A DNA stretch of 64,000 nt from Catajapyx aquilonaris (taxonomy: Eukaryota). The stretch spans positions 186,001 to 250,000 of the forward strand of contig JYFJ02000077.1 of assembly GCA_000934665.2 (NCBI GenBank). Direction: 5' to 3'. Made by a program: the position numbers and the translations under genes. Below are positions 10,884 through 23,209 of this stretch, in pieces. The notes below the pieces were generated by a model, which did not search any database, had not been told where the DNA came from, and saw only the letters and a list, made by a program, of their open reading frames with translations. Numbering within the stretch: the stretch's first letter is position 1; the number at the start of each line of letters is the position of its first letter.

Positions 10884-10891
10884 CTACCTCA
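10884..10891 (+). promoter_or_regulatory. let-7 8mer seed site
   Basis: CTACCTCA. Confidence 0.55.
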
Positions 10892-12616
10892 CGATGAGTT
10901 TTGACTTTGTAAAAAGTTGTAATGTGAAAATATAGGGCAATTATGTTGGCAATTTAAAAATTGTCTACCTACTCTGCTCCCCCATAATGTAATGAAAAAA
11001 GGCATGATAAAAAAGTGTAACTTAACTACTCACACATGCATTGCAGCCACTGTGAAGTATTCATTATTGCAATGAGAAAAAATTCGTGTGGGTGAATTGT
11101 TGTTGTGTATGGTGTTTGTCTATATTCGAGGGAGTTTGCACTGATGTTCCAATATGAAAGCAGTGCCATTTTTATCTTTCTTTCATTTAAAAAAAAGCAG
11201 AAACAAAAATGGATGTACGGTGTTGTGCAGAGGTTCTTTTCACTTTGTTTTTCCAGAGCAAATCTTTCACTTCATTAGCCCGTGGCATAGGTGTTGTTGG
11301 AAAAGGAAAAAAAAAAAGAAGCAGGGTCATGCATGACGTGTGAAAATTGAGCATGAATATAATTTTTTATGTAGTGTTGCTTCAGGTGTGTGCTAATACA
11401 TTGTATTGGGAACATAAAAACCAAATATTTATAAATTGTGACTTTTTGGAAACTGAATGTGTCCCAATTTGTTTGGATTAAAAGTCAAAGAGTAGGCATA
11501 GCTTGTAGCAACAGTGACATATCTAGCAAGCACATTTGAAGACGTCCACTTACACACACTGTAAGCTCTTTCAAAATGGATAGCAAGTATTTTATTGGGT
11601 AGCTCGAGAAGAAATGCGAGATGATTAGGTAGAAATAGGCGCAAGTGCATTGAGGACAAGTAACGTTGAAGACTAATGTAAATGGCTCAATTTTATCTCA
11701 GATGTGACTGCATCATGCGTAAACCTCGTCAGTTTTTGAAATGCAACTCAGCCCAGTGGTTGCTGGTCAGTACATAGAATTGGAAGATTATGCTCTGTGC
11801 AAATTCAGTTACAATGGAACAAAAGTAAAAATCTGCGCTATTACTTGCTGCTGACTAACCATAATTAATGGAGAGACTTACCAAGAAACATTTTTGTATT
11901 TGAATCTTTGTAAGTGGTGCCGAACCACTTGTGATCACAGTTGTGCTCTTTCTTACTTAAGATGTGCTGACATGAAAATAACGTGATCTGAAACTTACTG
12001 TTTCCAGTTACGTAACTATTGACTGTTTACTTTTCAACATCACAGCAGACTGTAAACGAAATGACAGGGTATATTTTGCTCTGTACGTGTACGATATGTG
12101 CCTAGGGATACTTTCTGGGATGTCTTGACGTCCATTTGCTACGGTACAGATAGAGAACATGCTATTTACATAGTTGGCTAAGTTTTTTGCAGAAAAATGC
12201 CTTGCATTGTGCACTGATGGCCAGTTTTTATTAGAGAATTTTTCAATCTCCTTCAAACTTCATGAAATACCAAAGTCTCAAGTGCTACAGCAATTGTGCA
12301 TTAAGTGTGATGTGGAAAAAAAAAACTACACCTTTGGATATATGTCGACACATGAGTTTTTCCCTGTCTGTGCATTGTAAAACGATAACAATATTACAGC
12401 TTGAGGTACGAGTAGATGAAGTGAAAAAAATAGCATTATAAGTGCATATATTTTATCACTGCATGTGGTACCAAGTAGATAAACCAGGTGTCGTCACAAA
12501 TGTGTGGCATTTTGAGCAGTTACATACCATTTATGACTGTAATTTTTTTTTGTGGTTGTTGTTCATGTACAGTTGATTGTTATCCCTCTGGATATATAAA
12601 AAAAAACATATTTTAA

Positions 12617-12622
12617 AATAAA
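12617..12622 (+). terminator. Candidate distal polyadenylation signal of chinmo
   Basis: AATAAA followed by TTTTGTTGTCTTCTG; sequence composition changes within the next ~0.7 kb. Confidence 0.45.
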
Positions 12623-13797
12623 CCAGTGACATTTTGTTGTCTTCTGCATCTTGTTGCCTTTTAATGGTAACCTGACTATTCTGCTTACCCCCAATCCACA
12701 GGAGGAGATTATTGGATAGGTATGGATTACGTGCTTGGGGAAACTACATCATGCGCTTCCCAAGGGAGGAAAGTCAGTCAACGTCACGTTGCTATTGGGC
12801 CTCCAGGTCATCTTTCCTGAGCACATGCATTCTACTCTGTCAACTACACTAGTGGGCTGTGTCGTAGTCCTCGGTTTCCTCCCTAATGTTTTTTAGTGCT
12901 TGTACTTAATACTGTGATGGGAGTTGCTGCATGTCTTCCTGTGACTGAAGTGATTTCCATCCCAATTGAGTGGATCTCAAGAAAGACTGGCATTCAAAAG
13001 AGTGGTGTGAAAAATGGGATTAGTGGCCGTGATAGAGGTCGTGTTATAGCTAAGGAGCAAAATTGTATGTATGGTGTTTACTGCATGCACAGTGCGGTTG
13101 TGAAATGAAGTGCCATGAGTTAGTTTGGCATTTGCATCATTTAATATATTTACTGTTTACACACGGGATGTTCATATAGACAGTGAGGTTGGATGTACAT
13201 TATACTGTAGTTTGTTATCAATTAAACTATGACATATTTTAAATGTTATCTTGGCAATAGTATGGGCAAGTCAAGGTGAAGGATGATATTTTGTACTGTA
13301 CAAATGGGCCAAAGTGCACAAATCCAACGACCTATACATAATGTATAATGCGGGGAATTTCAATAACATTTTTAAAAATAACGCCGATGAATCTTGTTGA
13401 AATACTGGGATGAAAAAGGGTCTGATACCTTCAAAAGTTTCCTTATTTTCACAATTTACTTAAAAATGTCGATGGTCTTTGATCGTGTCAGGTAAGTTTT
13501 GCTTTATTCCTCTCATACCAGGTCCCTTCTCCCTAGGACTATAGGCCAAGATGTCAGATTTTTTTAAAAAACCTTTGGAGGCACTGTCACTTTATTACAT
13601 TGTGGTGGGTGGAGGGGGGAGGGAGAGAGAAATCCCACTAGTCGTTGGACCATAGGACAATTTTTTATTGTCCTTTCAAATGCAACGAGAGGAAATCTAC
13701 TTGCTCTTTCCACCGGATCGATTAAAAATGGGTTTCTTTTAAGATTCAAAGCGGCTGTCTCATCGAAATAGGGAATACGTATATTATTATTGAGTGT

Positions 13798-14122
13798 CAG
13801 GGAAGGCGTGGTGGCCGAGATGGTAACGTCTCGGCTTGCTGGGCGGAATGTCCGGGGTTCGATCCCCGCCCGGGAGTTCCCTTCCGCCTGCGTCAGTGGG
13901 TCTTGGCAACCTAGCCTTCTGGGGGACTGCACATGATGCATTTCCGACAATGCACTTTCACCTGTGTCCTCTCCCCAAAAATCCCTATCATTACTCAATT
14001 TCCTTCCCTGCACGGAGAATGAAGAAAAAAGTATAAATAATACTAGAAAATTGATGGTGGTATGCCACCCCCCTATAACGACTTACAGTTGTATCACGGG
14101 GTAAAATTTTTTAAAAAATAAA
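13798..14122 (+). mobile_element. tRNA-derived SINE, copy 1
   Basis: Pol III A box TGGCCGAGATGG and B box GGTTCGATCCC; A-rich tail; 15-bp TSD ATTATTAT(T/A)GAGTGT at 13783-13797 and 14123-14137; homologous to 47899-48220. Confidence 0.88.
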
Positions 14123-14634
14123 ATTATTATAGAGTGTATGAATCAGATTTTTAATGATATGCTGCATGAATTTTTATACACAACAGTGCTGTAATTCTCC
14201 CGACTTGATTCATACACTGCATTTTCGCGAATTTTTGTGATAGGAATGGATGAAATCACGCGAACACGGACAGAATCAATCGCGGCTATTTCCATCACAT
14301 GAGAAAGTCCTATATCCTCATAGGCGAAAGTATGTGCCACCAAAGGTTTGCACGTAAATGAAAAATACAGTATAATGTTTCACCGACGAATTTGTTGATA
14401 TTGTACGTAAAGCTGTACATTTAGCCCTTATTCGCCACAAAAAGTTGGCAAAATAATAAGTTTAGTCCCCGGAAATTAGCGCACATAGAGCGTGCTTCAC
14501 AATAATATAGTGGCTTCTCTAAGACAAACAAGCTCGTAATTAAGCATGGCAATCAATTCTCCCCTCAAATGTAAACCCCCCCGATAGTAATCATACTGCC
14601 AAAAAAAACAGCAAACCTCCAGCAAGAACCTGAA

Positions 14635-14815
14635 GTGACGAACAATCAGACTCCAATACCCAACGGTGGAATTGAAGCTTGGACCTCTCCAAAGCGACCT
14701 ATCCGATGGCCCTCGACCCAACTGACCCAGGTCGAAGAGATCTTCATCCAGCAGCCCCAATATGGAGGAAGGGACTACATAGCGGAAAACACGGATGAAA
14801 ATGGCCAACTTCCAG
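14635..14815 (+). CDS. Candidate exon with phase-1 donor (5' boundary uncertain)
   Basis: Open frame ...QYGGRDYIAENTDENGQLP ending at a consensus donor CAG|GTGAGT; no recognisable homology. Confidence 0.25.
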
Positions 14816-17800
14816 GTGAGTACCAGCAATCATCTGTGAGGCTGATGAAATGGATTAATACTTTGGAAGTGAGGTCCGGAAAATTCATTCCCTTCTGGAA
14901 TTTCCGGGCGGACACGTCTGGGGAAATGGAGAAATAGTCAAGATTCCAGGCGTATCTAGGGGTCTAGGGCATGGATCACACATGCCGAGCATGCTCGCAT
15001 TATCATGATTTCCTTTTTTTTTCTCTCGTAATTTTTGTGGGATTATTGCAGGGATGGAATGAGAACAATTGGAGGGATGACCTTGAGCGTGTCTATTATG
15101 GAAATATGGAAGCTGCTATGACGGATTCTTATTGACAGGTTTGCTCCAGATACAGTTTCGGAGATGTATGACAGTTACCTTGAAACTTGTCAAATTTCTT
15201 GGAGATTCTGTAGGCTTTGGGCATGATGGGTGTGTATCATGACTGACGGTTCAGATTGGTTGAAGGAGGCCAAAGTGGTGGTCAGTATGGCTCACATTTT
15301 TGGATGGAATAGCGGCATGATGCCAAGCAACAGTCTCTCATCAGATTCCTCAGGCATTGTAAGATATCTGATCCGTCTCCCCGGTAAAACTTCTTCACAA
15401 TATTTTCTCAAAAAAGTATCGGATATCTCCACCTCTTTTGTATGGCACCCAAACACTTTTCAAAAGGGATTCTTCGAGATTCGCCTCATCAGTTATGGCT
15501 ACAGGTGCTGTTAGTCTTCAGGCAATGTTCTTTCTCCATACCCAGGTGTTATTACATCGACGAGATCCACTGTCGAACCTTACCTGCGTCATGTACAATA
15601 TATTTTGAACTAGTGCCAATTGGTGCGTGATAGTTGACCTCTCTTATTGAATTATTGAAACAGCCATACGATCCTCCAAAGGCACTCCCCCCCCNAACCC
15701 CTTGTCAAGTGAAAAAGAGCGACGTTGCTCCAGCGCAGCGTGGTGACACCCTCATTACTCGCTTCACTTCATGTTGAGTGAATGGACTTAGAGCACCTCG
15801 CAGTTTTGCGACGAGGCGTGTCCCTCGATAAAGGCTCCCCTGCGGCACCTTTGACCGGTGTTTGCCCAGTGTATAGAGCCTCGGTTTTTTAATTTCATAG
15901 GGTTCCAGATATATAGGAATTTCGTGCATAATTGGAGGAGCCGTAGGCACAACTCCGTTAATTTCTCTTCGGTCACGTTCTACACTGGATGCGAGCTTTT
16001 CAAGGGAAAGTGGATTATTTTTCCCTTGCTTTTTATAAGAGACGTAAGTTAATTACGGTGAAGTATTTGCCAGTGTAAGGGCGAAAACGAATCGATGCCT
16101 GGCTAGTAGTAGTCGCTCACCATCTGGGTTAATGTCATTTTCAGGACACCTCACTTTATTCAAACTGGTGTAAATGGATGATATCTTGTTCTGGGTGTTT
16201 CGTCGTGAAATGAAATCTGGGATTCCCAAATACTAGCACAAAGTTAAATTCAATAAATTTGTATGCTCTTTTGGTGTAAGGACTAGCTTGTATGACATAT
16301 TCTGCGACAATATTGCGTAACCCATAGAGGCCTATAGACAGTCCTAAGCAGTATATGAACCAATTTGAAAACTTAATACACTAATTGCGAGGAATTATGG
16401 ATATCTTGCCAAGCAATGTAATACGCGCAGTTCCTGCAATTTAAATACTCTAACTGTAAAATTGTTAGCAAGATTTTCTGGAACGACGATGACGCCTCAG
16501 GGAACTTTATGATGTAATTCCATAATAATCTCCAATAAAATCACGAACGGGACTTAATACTTAGTTTCTTATAGTATTTTAGCCGTATAGTGTATATTCG
16601 CAACTACATACCGCAGGGAATTAATTAGCTCATAAATATAATTGCTTTCCCCCTATATAACTTGGTTATTACGAGCTCTGAGCACTATTACTTAAACTTC
16701 TTTGAAGAACATTATGCAATTATCGGACATCAGGCTGGACCGTGAGCTGGTAGTATAAATAGCCCGGCGTAAGGTTAATACAATATTCCGGCCAGGCTAA
16801 TCTGAACGTAACTTGAGACCTTGTCCACGTGACAGAATTTCAATAAGCTGAAAAGCTCCCTTTAAAAAAATAGTGGCCATAAGATCGTATGTCAGCCAGC
16901 CATAACCGACGAAAAAGGCGCTAAGCCGAACCCAATCAAATCTAATCGCGCGTATCGGTCATAAACTCCACACATAATATTCACCCCCCAAAAAATCTGC
17001 ATAGTCCTCTAGATTTTACAACCAGATCGATCAAGCCATAATAGTCGAAATGGGCCTTATATTATGTGGGGGGCTATACAAGTAGGATGCTGGTGCTCTC
17101 ACACCTCACAGGAGGGGCTCTCCACACCCCCCGCCTTCCCCCATCCCCCCTCTTCCGCCAATGTGCCCCCTAGGGTGTGCGCATACAGCCTCTGGCCTTG
17201 CCTCCCCAACCCAAGTGTATGGTCGTTCGAGGATGGAACCGGATGGAACGTATTTCTCTCGGTGATTCGGAAGGCGCTTATTTTGCCTGGTATTCCGGTG
17301 GTGTCTGTTGGGAGCGCTTGTCGATTGCTGGAGCGCTTTGTTGTGGGATACACATGCAGGCCTACAGGGATTGGAGGCGGCGTGGAGTAGGTAGGGTCCG
17401 TGTCGTTTGTTTCAAATGATGAGGGCACCCTGTGGGGGTGCTGGGATTGTAGAGTGGAAAGAGCATTGTCTTGGGAGTGGTTGAATGGCACGATTAGCAG
17501 GCCACGTGTCAACTGGAAGGTCATATGGGACTACCGAAATGTTGAGGTCGTATCATCAAAGTTGCCTACAATGAATGTAGCTGAATTGACAAGATAGAAA
17601 TTATGTGATCAGTTAGTGTTCAACAAAATAACTATGTCATATTGCAGTTCATTATTCAAATTAGCTGAGAAAATAGTTCAGCATAAAATTTGCATTGGGG
17701 CTGAATAGAGGGTAGGGACTAAGTTTGCTCTATAATAATAATTTTAAAAAACTACAGGTATATACTGTTACTGCGCGCAATTTTGTCAGACTTGTCGACT

Positions 17801-20800
17801 AGAGACTTGCCGCAGGAATTTTGGTCATCAGTAGATTGGGTTGGGGGAGAAAAAAAAGTGGGGGCACTAATTACGTGTTTTGGTGCTCAGAGCAAATGAG
17901 ATTGCAGCTGATAGTTGCGAACTACACTTCCAATTCAGATAGATTACTTTTGGGATTTTGGGACGCCCCCCCGATATATTTGTTATTGTGGAAAGTTGTG
18001 GTAGAAGTAGGGACCCGGCTTATTGGTTTAAAACTTTCAACCCTCTGGATTGTTATGACCTCGCTAGAGTTGATCAAATCAGGGTGTGGAGAAATAGTAT
18101 TGGAAATCTGTGTAATGAACTCCGGAGAGTGTCGTTTGCGGAAAGGGTATTAAATCACTGCACTTGTAGTTTATTTTAATGATTTGAGATGGAAGTTGTA
18201 TAAGTGCAGGACATCAGGCCATGAGCATCATTTTTATTGTTAATTTTGATTAATAATTATGTTATTAAAATTATTTTGGTGTTTCCGAGACGGGCGAGAT
18301 ATTTATTAAGCAAACAAAATCACAGTGTAGACCTTTTGCACTTTGCCTCACTACTGCATACATATTGATGTGTTCCGAGAATGTCTGATATAATTTTCAT
18401 TTTGATCATAACACTGTACACTTTACCTTTGAAACTTCGACGAGTTTAATTTTAGGTGCTTGAAATAAGGCCACTTTTTGTGCCTGAAAATTATAAGCAA
18501 ACTGAGGGTCTATTGGTAACAATTACGGCGTCCCCATTTTCGCCCACCTGATGAAATATTCTGTACACGAGTTTAAGTGGATGCGTTATATTGGAAATAG
18601 CACACTGTTGAAACTTGATAGGCCGTCATCTAATCGATAGGCTTTCGAAATCATGTAATAAAAATAGAGTAATGTTTTCCTGTCCTTTGAAGCTATTCAT
18701 TTTTAGAAGAGCATAAAAATAGGCCCACCATTCTTGCCACACAAAGACCGCTTCGTTTGCGTCATAACTGTGGTGAATCCACCATCTGCATTATATACGA
18801 TGGAAAGTCCGGGCATTGTGTAATATTTTATGAGACAAATTGATCTGAATTTTGGTCCAATCAAAATTTACGTAACATGCAATATTATTTTGTGTGTGTT
18901 AAAAGTGAGATTTAATATTTCACTGTCGTACAGGTAGACTGTTACCTAAAAAAAAGCACCGTATCTATTTCTAAGAGCATAGTATAATAATCTCAAAGGT
19001 GTTTCAGACTGACTTCTTTTAAGGAACTAATTGAGATATAATTTTCCATCAGCTGTGCATAATGCCGCCAAAGTGCTTCTTTCGGGTCTTTCCGGGCTCC
19101 TGCTCTTTATTGTATTACTCCACGGAAGGTATCGGCTAATAGAGTTACCTTCTGGCCAGAAGAGGGCAAAGGCTAGTTAATACTTAAAATAATGACAAAG
19201 TGAACTTAAGGTTTTTGTTGCCTTGAAATTGTGGCCTTGCCGCAAAAACGACACATTATTTGGTTTTAGGCATCAGCGTGATATGTCACTCTCGGGATGA
19301 AAGTTAAACAGTTAAGCTGCTTCTAAGTTTTACAATTCATATTCGGCTACTATATTATTTAAAGACATTGCATGGCGGAATGCCCTTTCCGTTTGTTTCA
19401 CAACAATTTGAATGCCTCGCTATACAAACAGGGCCAATGACATTTCCATGCACGACCAAAAATAAAGTTTAGGATCCCAAAGTCTCTCTTGCTAGAAATT
19501 GCTAATTAAGCCATCGCTACAGAATTTTCCTTTCAAATGAAACGAAGGGCTTCAGGGTTGGTAGAAAAGGCAAAACTTGTTCTAGAAAAAGATTTACTTT
19601 TGATCGAGTAAGTGGCAGTGATTACGTCTCTTGTTCCCAGAACCACTCTTCTTTCCGAGATACCCCCTGAATACAGATAAGTGCTTAAGTTTCTTCCGTC
19701 ACGTTTCAAAGAGACAGGAAAAGACGAGGAATGAGTCTTATTTGCATATAGTCTTTTGGAGGCAATGAGACACTCGGTTGACGTCACCCACACATGTCTC
19801 TCTACTCATGACGACCACCATATTGGATATGGCATTGGTTCAATCAAACCAGATGGATTGAAACCTCTTCGAAAAGGAGGTATAGACCCTTTGATTGAAT
19901 CCGCGATCTTTTTCCCATAGGAGTTATTCCGGTTATGAGGTTCGCTTTCTTCAGGCCTGGGACATTGTGGGGGGGACTGTAATATTATTGAAAATAGCTC
20001 CAGGGAGTAATATTCTTCTGAGATATTCAGAATTGGATCGGTGGGGAGTCAAAATTTTCATTTAGACGAGAGGAGTCTGGACTTGACCTCTTTTAGGCCT
20101 CGGAATATACCGGGTGTTCCGGAGACGCACATGCTTACTGGTAATCAGGAGCAACCACATCACAACAAAATTAACAGTTAACAGTTGTATATTTCATACC
20201 CATACACTAAACCAACAACTTTGCACATACATCTGGTTCTCATTTCCAACTCTCTTTCCACCTTGCTTCTAGTATACTCATTTTGTTGGCAACATTTGCA
20301 TGACCTTTGTTGGCACACCCTGTTTAGAGAAAGGTATATCCTAATCCACAAGCCTTCCCTGTGGATGCAGTGAATTATTTCTGAGACTCGGTATCCCGCA
20401 CTGGAGCAACCCTGTCAGGGCAAAGGTGTGTCCCCATTAAATATTAGTTTGGCCACTTTCATCAGAGGACGCATAAGCTAGGCCAGGGTTATGGGGATGG
20501 GGGGCAGGCATCTAGCTTATTTGCCCTTTTAAATATTAAACACTGTCAGCTTTTAAGTGATTGAAGCGAAATGACACGTTTAAATGGCGGTGGCGCTTTT
20601 GCTCGCTCTCTGCAATTTGACCAGTCATGTTGCTTGTGATGAATAGCGAAAATGACGGATTGCAACGTGCAGGAAAGGTTAGTTAGTTGTGTACAAACAG
20701 GGTGCTTCCAAATGTGAATCGTATTGCTCGCAGTGCTGGTGAGTTTACGACTTTCTTCCGGATAATATTTACATGCACATATTCACGATGTTGATACGTT

Positions 20801-21050
20801 TGCAATCTGGTCAAGGTTACTGTGAATTGAAGAGTACACACATTGCCACACTCACTGTTTGATTCTCAGAAGCCAAATGTGGCAATATATTGTTGCAGTA
20901 TACTACAGGGTGGTTCTGAACATTTTTCGGAAATGAATTCTTTGTTATTCTGTACCCAAAATTATGTCGGTATATTTCCTCTAAATTCCACACAGCTGCA
21001 CTTTTAGGCCAACTACTCCAATTTCTTGTACCGGTACAGTACCTCTCCAG

Positions 21051-21272
21051 GACGCACATCTGCTGTGGACAAGTCAGATACATTGTGGATATTATCCACA
21101 AAGAGTCCTATATTCCAGATAGGTAGAGGCACAGATGGGCCGGATCATTCAGAATCGATCTGGAGCAATCTACTTCAGCAAGAATCATTTTTCCCCCAGC
21201 ATGACATTGTCGTTCTGAAAGCTCAAAAGGATTCACAATGCGCGCAATTTGGCAGACATAATAAGCCGGAAG
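21051..21272 (+). CDS. Candidate 222-nt symmetric phase-1 exon
   Basis: Acceptor acctctccag|, donor GAAG|gtatgt; open frame (RTSAVDKSDT...GRHNKPE); no recognisable homology. Confidence 0.3.
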
Positions 21273-23170
21273 GTATGTGCATATAGAGTAGGGACTTTAA
21301 TTAGGCAGCCCATATGAGGCCACAAGTATGTGTCGTGAAAGGAGATAACAGTAATTTTTTTAAACGGGTGTTACAATATCAGGAGTAAATTTAAAGGTAA
21401 AAAAAAGTCGCACAAAGGTCATGCAACAATCGTCTGCAAATGGCTTCTGTATCTGGTATTGACGGTGCGGACCACGTGATATTCCAGTTGGTTACGGGAC
21501 ATTACCACAGTCACGCCTTGATGAATATTGATTGAACTTCTCCATACAGCGAACAGGAAGTGCCGAAAGTGAAAAACATTGTCACTGTTTTGCAACTTTT
21601 GTACAAAGAAGCATATCCATTGTGTACTATTAGTTGGTTGAGCGAAGTGTGCAGTATGTGCGTTGAATGCAGTGTACCCCGCAAAGGACGTAATATTGTT
21701 TTAAATTTTAGCTTCGGCACATAGTTTTGGAATGTCAGTAACTTATATGGTACTTAACGTAAAGAAAAATAGTTTCAAAATGTAACTAATACGTGATTAG
21801 TTGCATCAAAAATTCTGTTAATGTTGCAGGAAAATGTGATATACGTGTACCTTGCTCTGCGTTTATTACACATCAGTAATGAATTTCAGGAACAAATTAA
21901 GCGGGGGTTTTCCTGTATAGTTCGTGAATAAATTGAACATTGTTGTTGTGGTGCATTACATTTTACATTTTCATAACGTTCTGAACCTTTCCGACATTGC
22001 ACGTAGGTCTGCATCAAATTATTATGAAAATATTAATTCAACTAATACATGGCAAATATTGCATGTGCCTAATAAAAATATTGACATAAACCTGAGAAAT
22101 TGTGACTTCAGGTAATGATTAATTTCTCTACTTAAAAGGCAATGACATTTGCGCAAATAATACGGTTATTCAGTAATAACAAAAAAAAGTTATATTTATA
22201 TTACGTGCTGGAGAAGACGTAACATTTTCTTTATTTAATAACTTCAAAATTTTTGTTCTAATTAACATTCTGACATTTGAATCTCACCTTTCCCAATCAC
22301 CTGGCAAGTAAAATGACATAACTGCCAGAAAATATGAAACAACCTGACAAGCATCAAAGGAGGACTGATTGCAAACAGTTGAGCGCTTGCCTAAATGCAG
22401 AACGAAACAAAAATGCAATAAAATGCTCTTCAATATTTGCTCCTCTCTGTGCAAATCGCGTGTACAGAGTGAGCTAACATGTATATGGAAGACAAATGAC
22501 AAACAGTTCGTTTTTCTGGGAGTTAGCAGCCCAGAGAAATGAAAAGGGTTCGCCGTAAAGAGGAAAGGCTTTTGGAGAACGAGGGCAATTTTTCAGAGCA
22601 GTGCAGCTAGGAACGATTTGCGGTCCTTTTTTTTATTTTTACGATGGCCTCTAATGAAGTGTGGAAGAGAAGCGGCAAGCAAGGGAATGGACCCATCCAG
22701 TCGGGAGCTGCTTGATGAGGGATTCCCTTTCGTGTCAAATCAGCTCCTCTCCATACCCTGACGTGACAACTTTTCAACTCGCCCACTGTCCTGATCAAAT
22801 GAAGGTCATCCAGATGAACGACTTCGAAATCAAACGATCTCACAATATGATTTAACCACAAATTATGCAGCAATTGTCATTTTTAGTAATATGAAGAAAC
22901 GTACCCAAGTGGCTATAGAAATGGGAATCAATAGTGCTTTTTAAATTTTAAAACTGGCGTATTTTTAGAGAAGCCTTTTCCGTATCTGTTACCATTTTAA
23001 TGAACTTTTGCTGTAAATTATGCAGGGGTCATCTAAGAATAATTCAGAGTTAAGTTCCCTTTGAATTATAACAGCTGAGGAAAAGTTCACTTTGAAACTA
23101 TTTAGCTATTCAGTGAATACCCACGCCCCACCTCACGTCTCTGTGCTACTGTGCAGAATCTATCGACCCC

Positions 23171-23209
23171 CCCCCCCCCACTAACCAGAGCCCCCCCCAC
23201 TAACCAGAG
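23171..23209. repeat. Short tandem duplication (C-run + ACTAACCAGAG) x2
   Basis: CCCCCCCCACTAACCAGAG occurs twice in tandem. Confidence 0.8.

Larger units (their letters stand above)
3272..12645 (+). promoter_or_regulatory. chinmo: Putative very long chinmo 3'UTR
   Basis: Non-coding, T/GT-rich on the plus strand and CpG-poor; sense-strand let-7 sites extend to 10891; AATAAA at 12617 is followed by a GT-rich tract. Earlier AATAAA hexamers exist, so the end is uncertain. Confidence 0.55.

Noticed and set aside
13805..13875. tRNA gene
   Set aside because: It has A and B boxes but no clean cloverleaf, and it is the head of a TSD-flanked SINE with a second copy.
14133..14218. 13-bp inverted repeat AGTGTATGAATCA
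   Set aside because: The interior does not pair and the left arm overlaps the SINE TSD; no support for a miRNA or MITE.
19523..20140. Coding-looking segment between a phase-1 acceptor and a weak donor
   Set aside because: Six in-frame stops and no recognisable homology.
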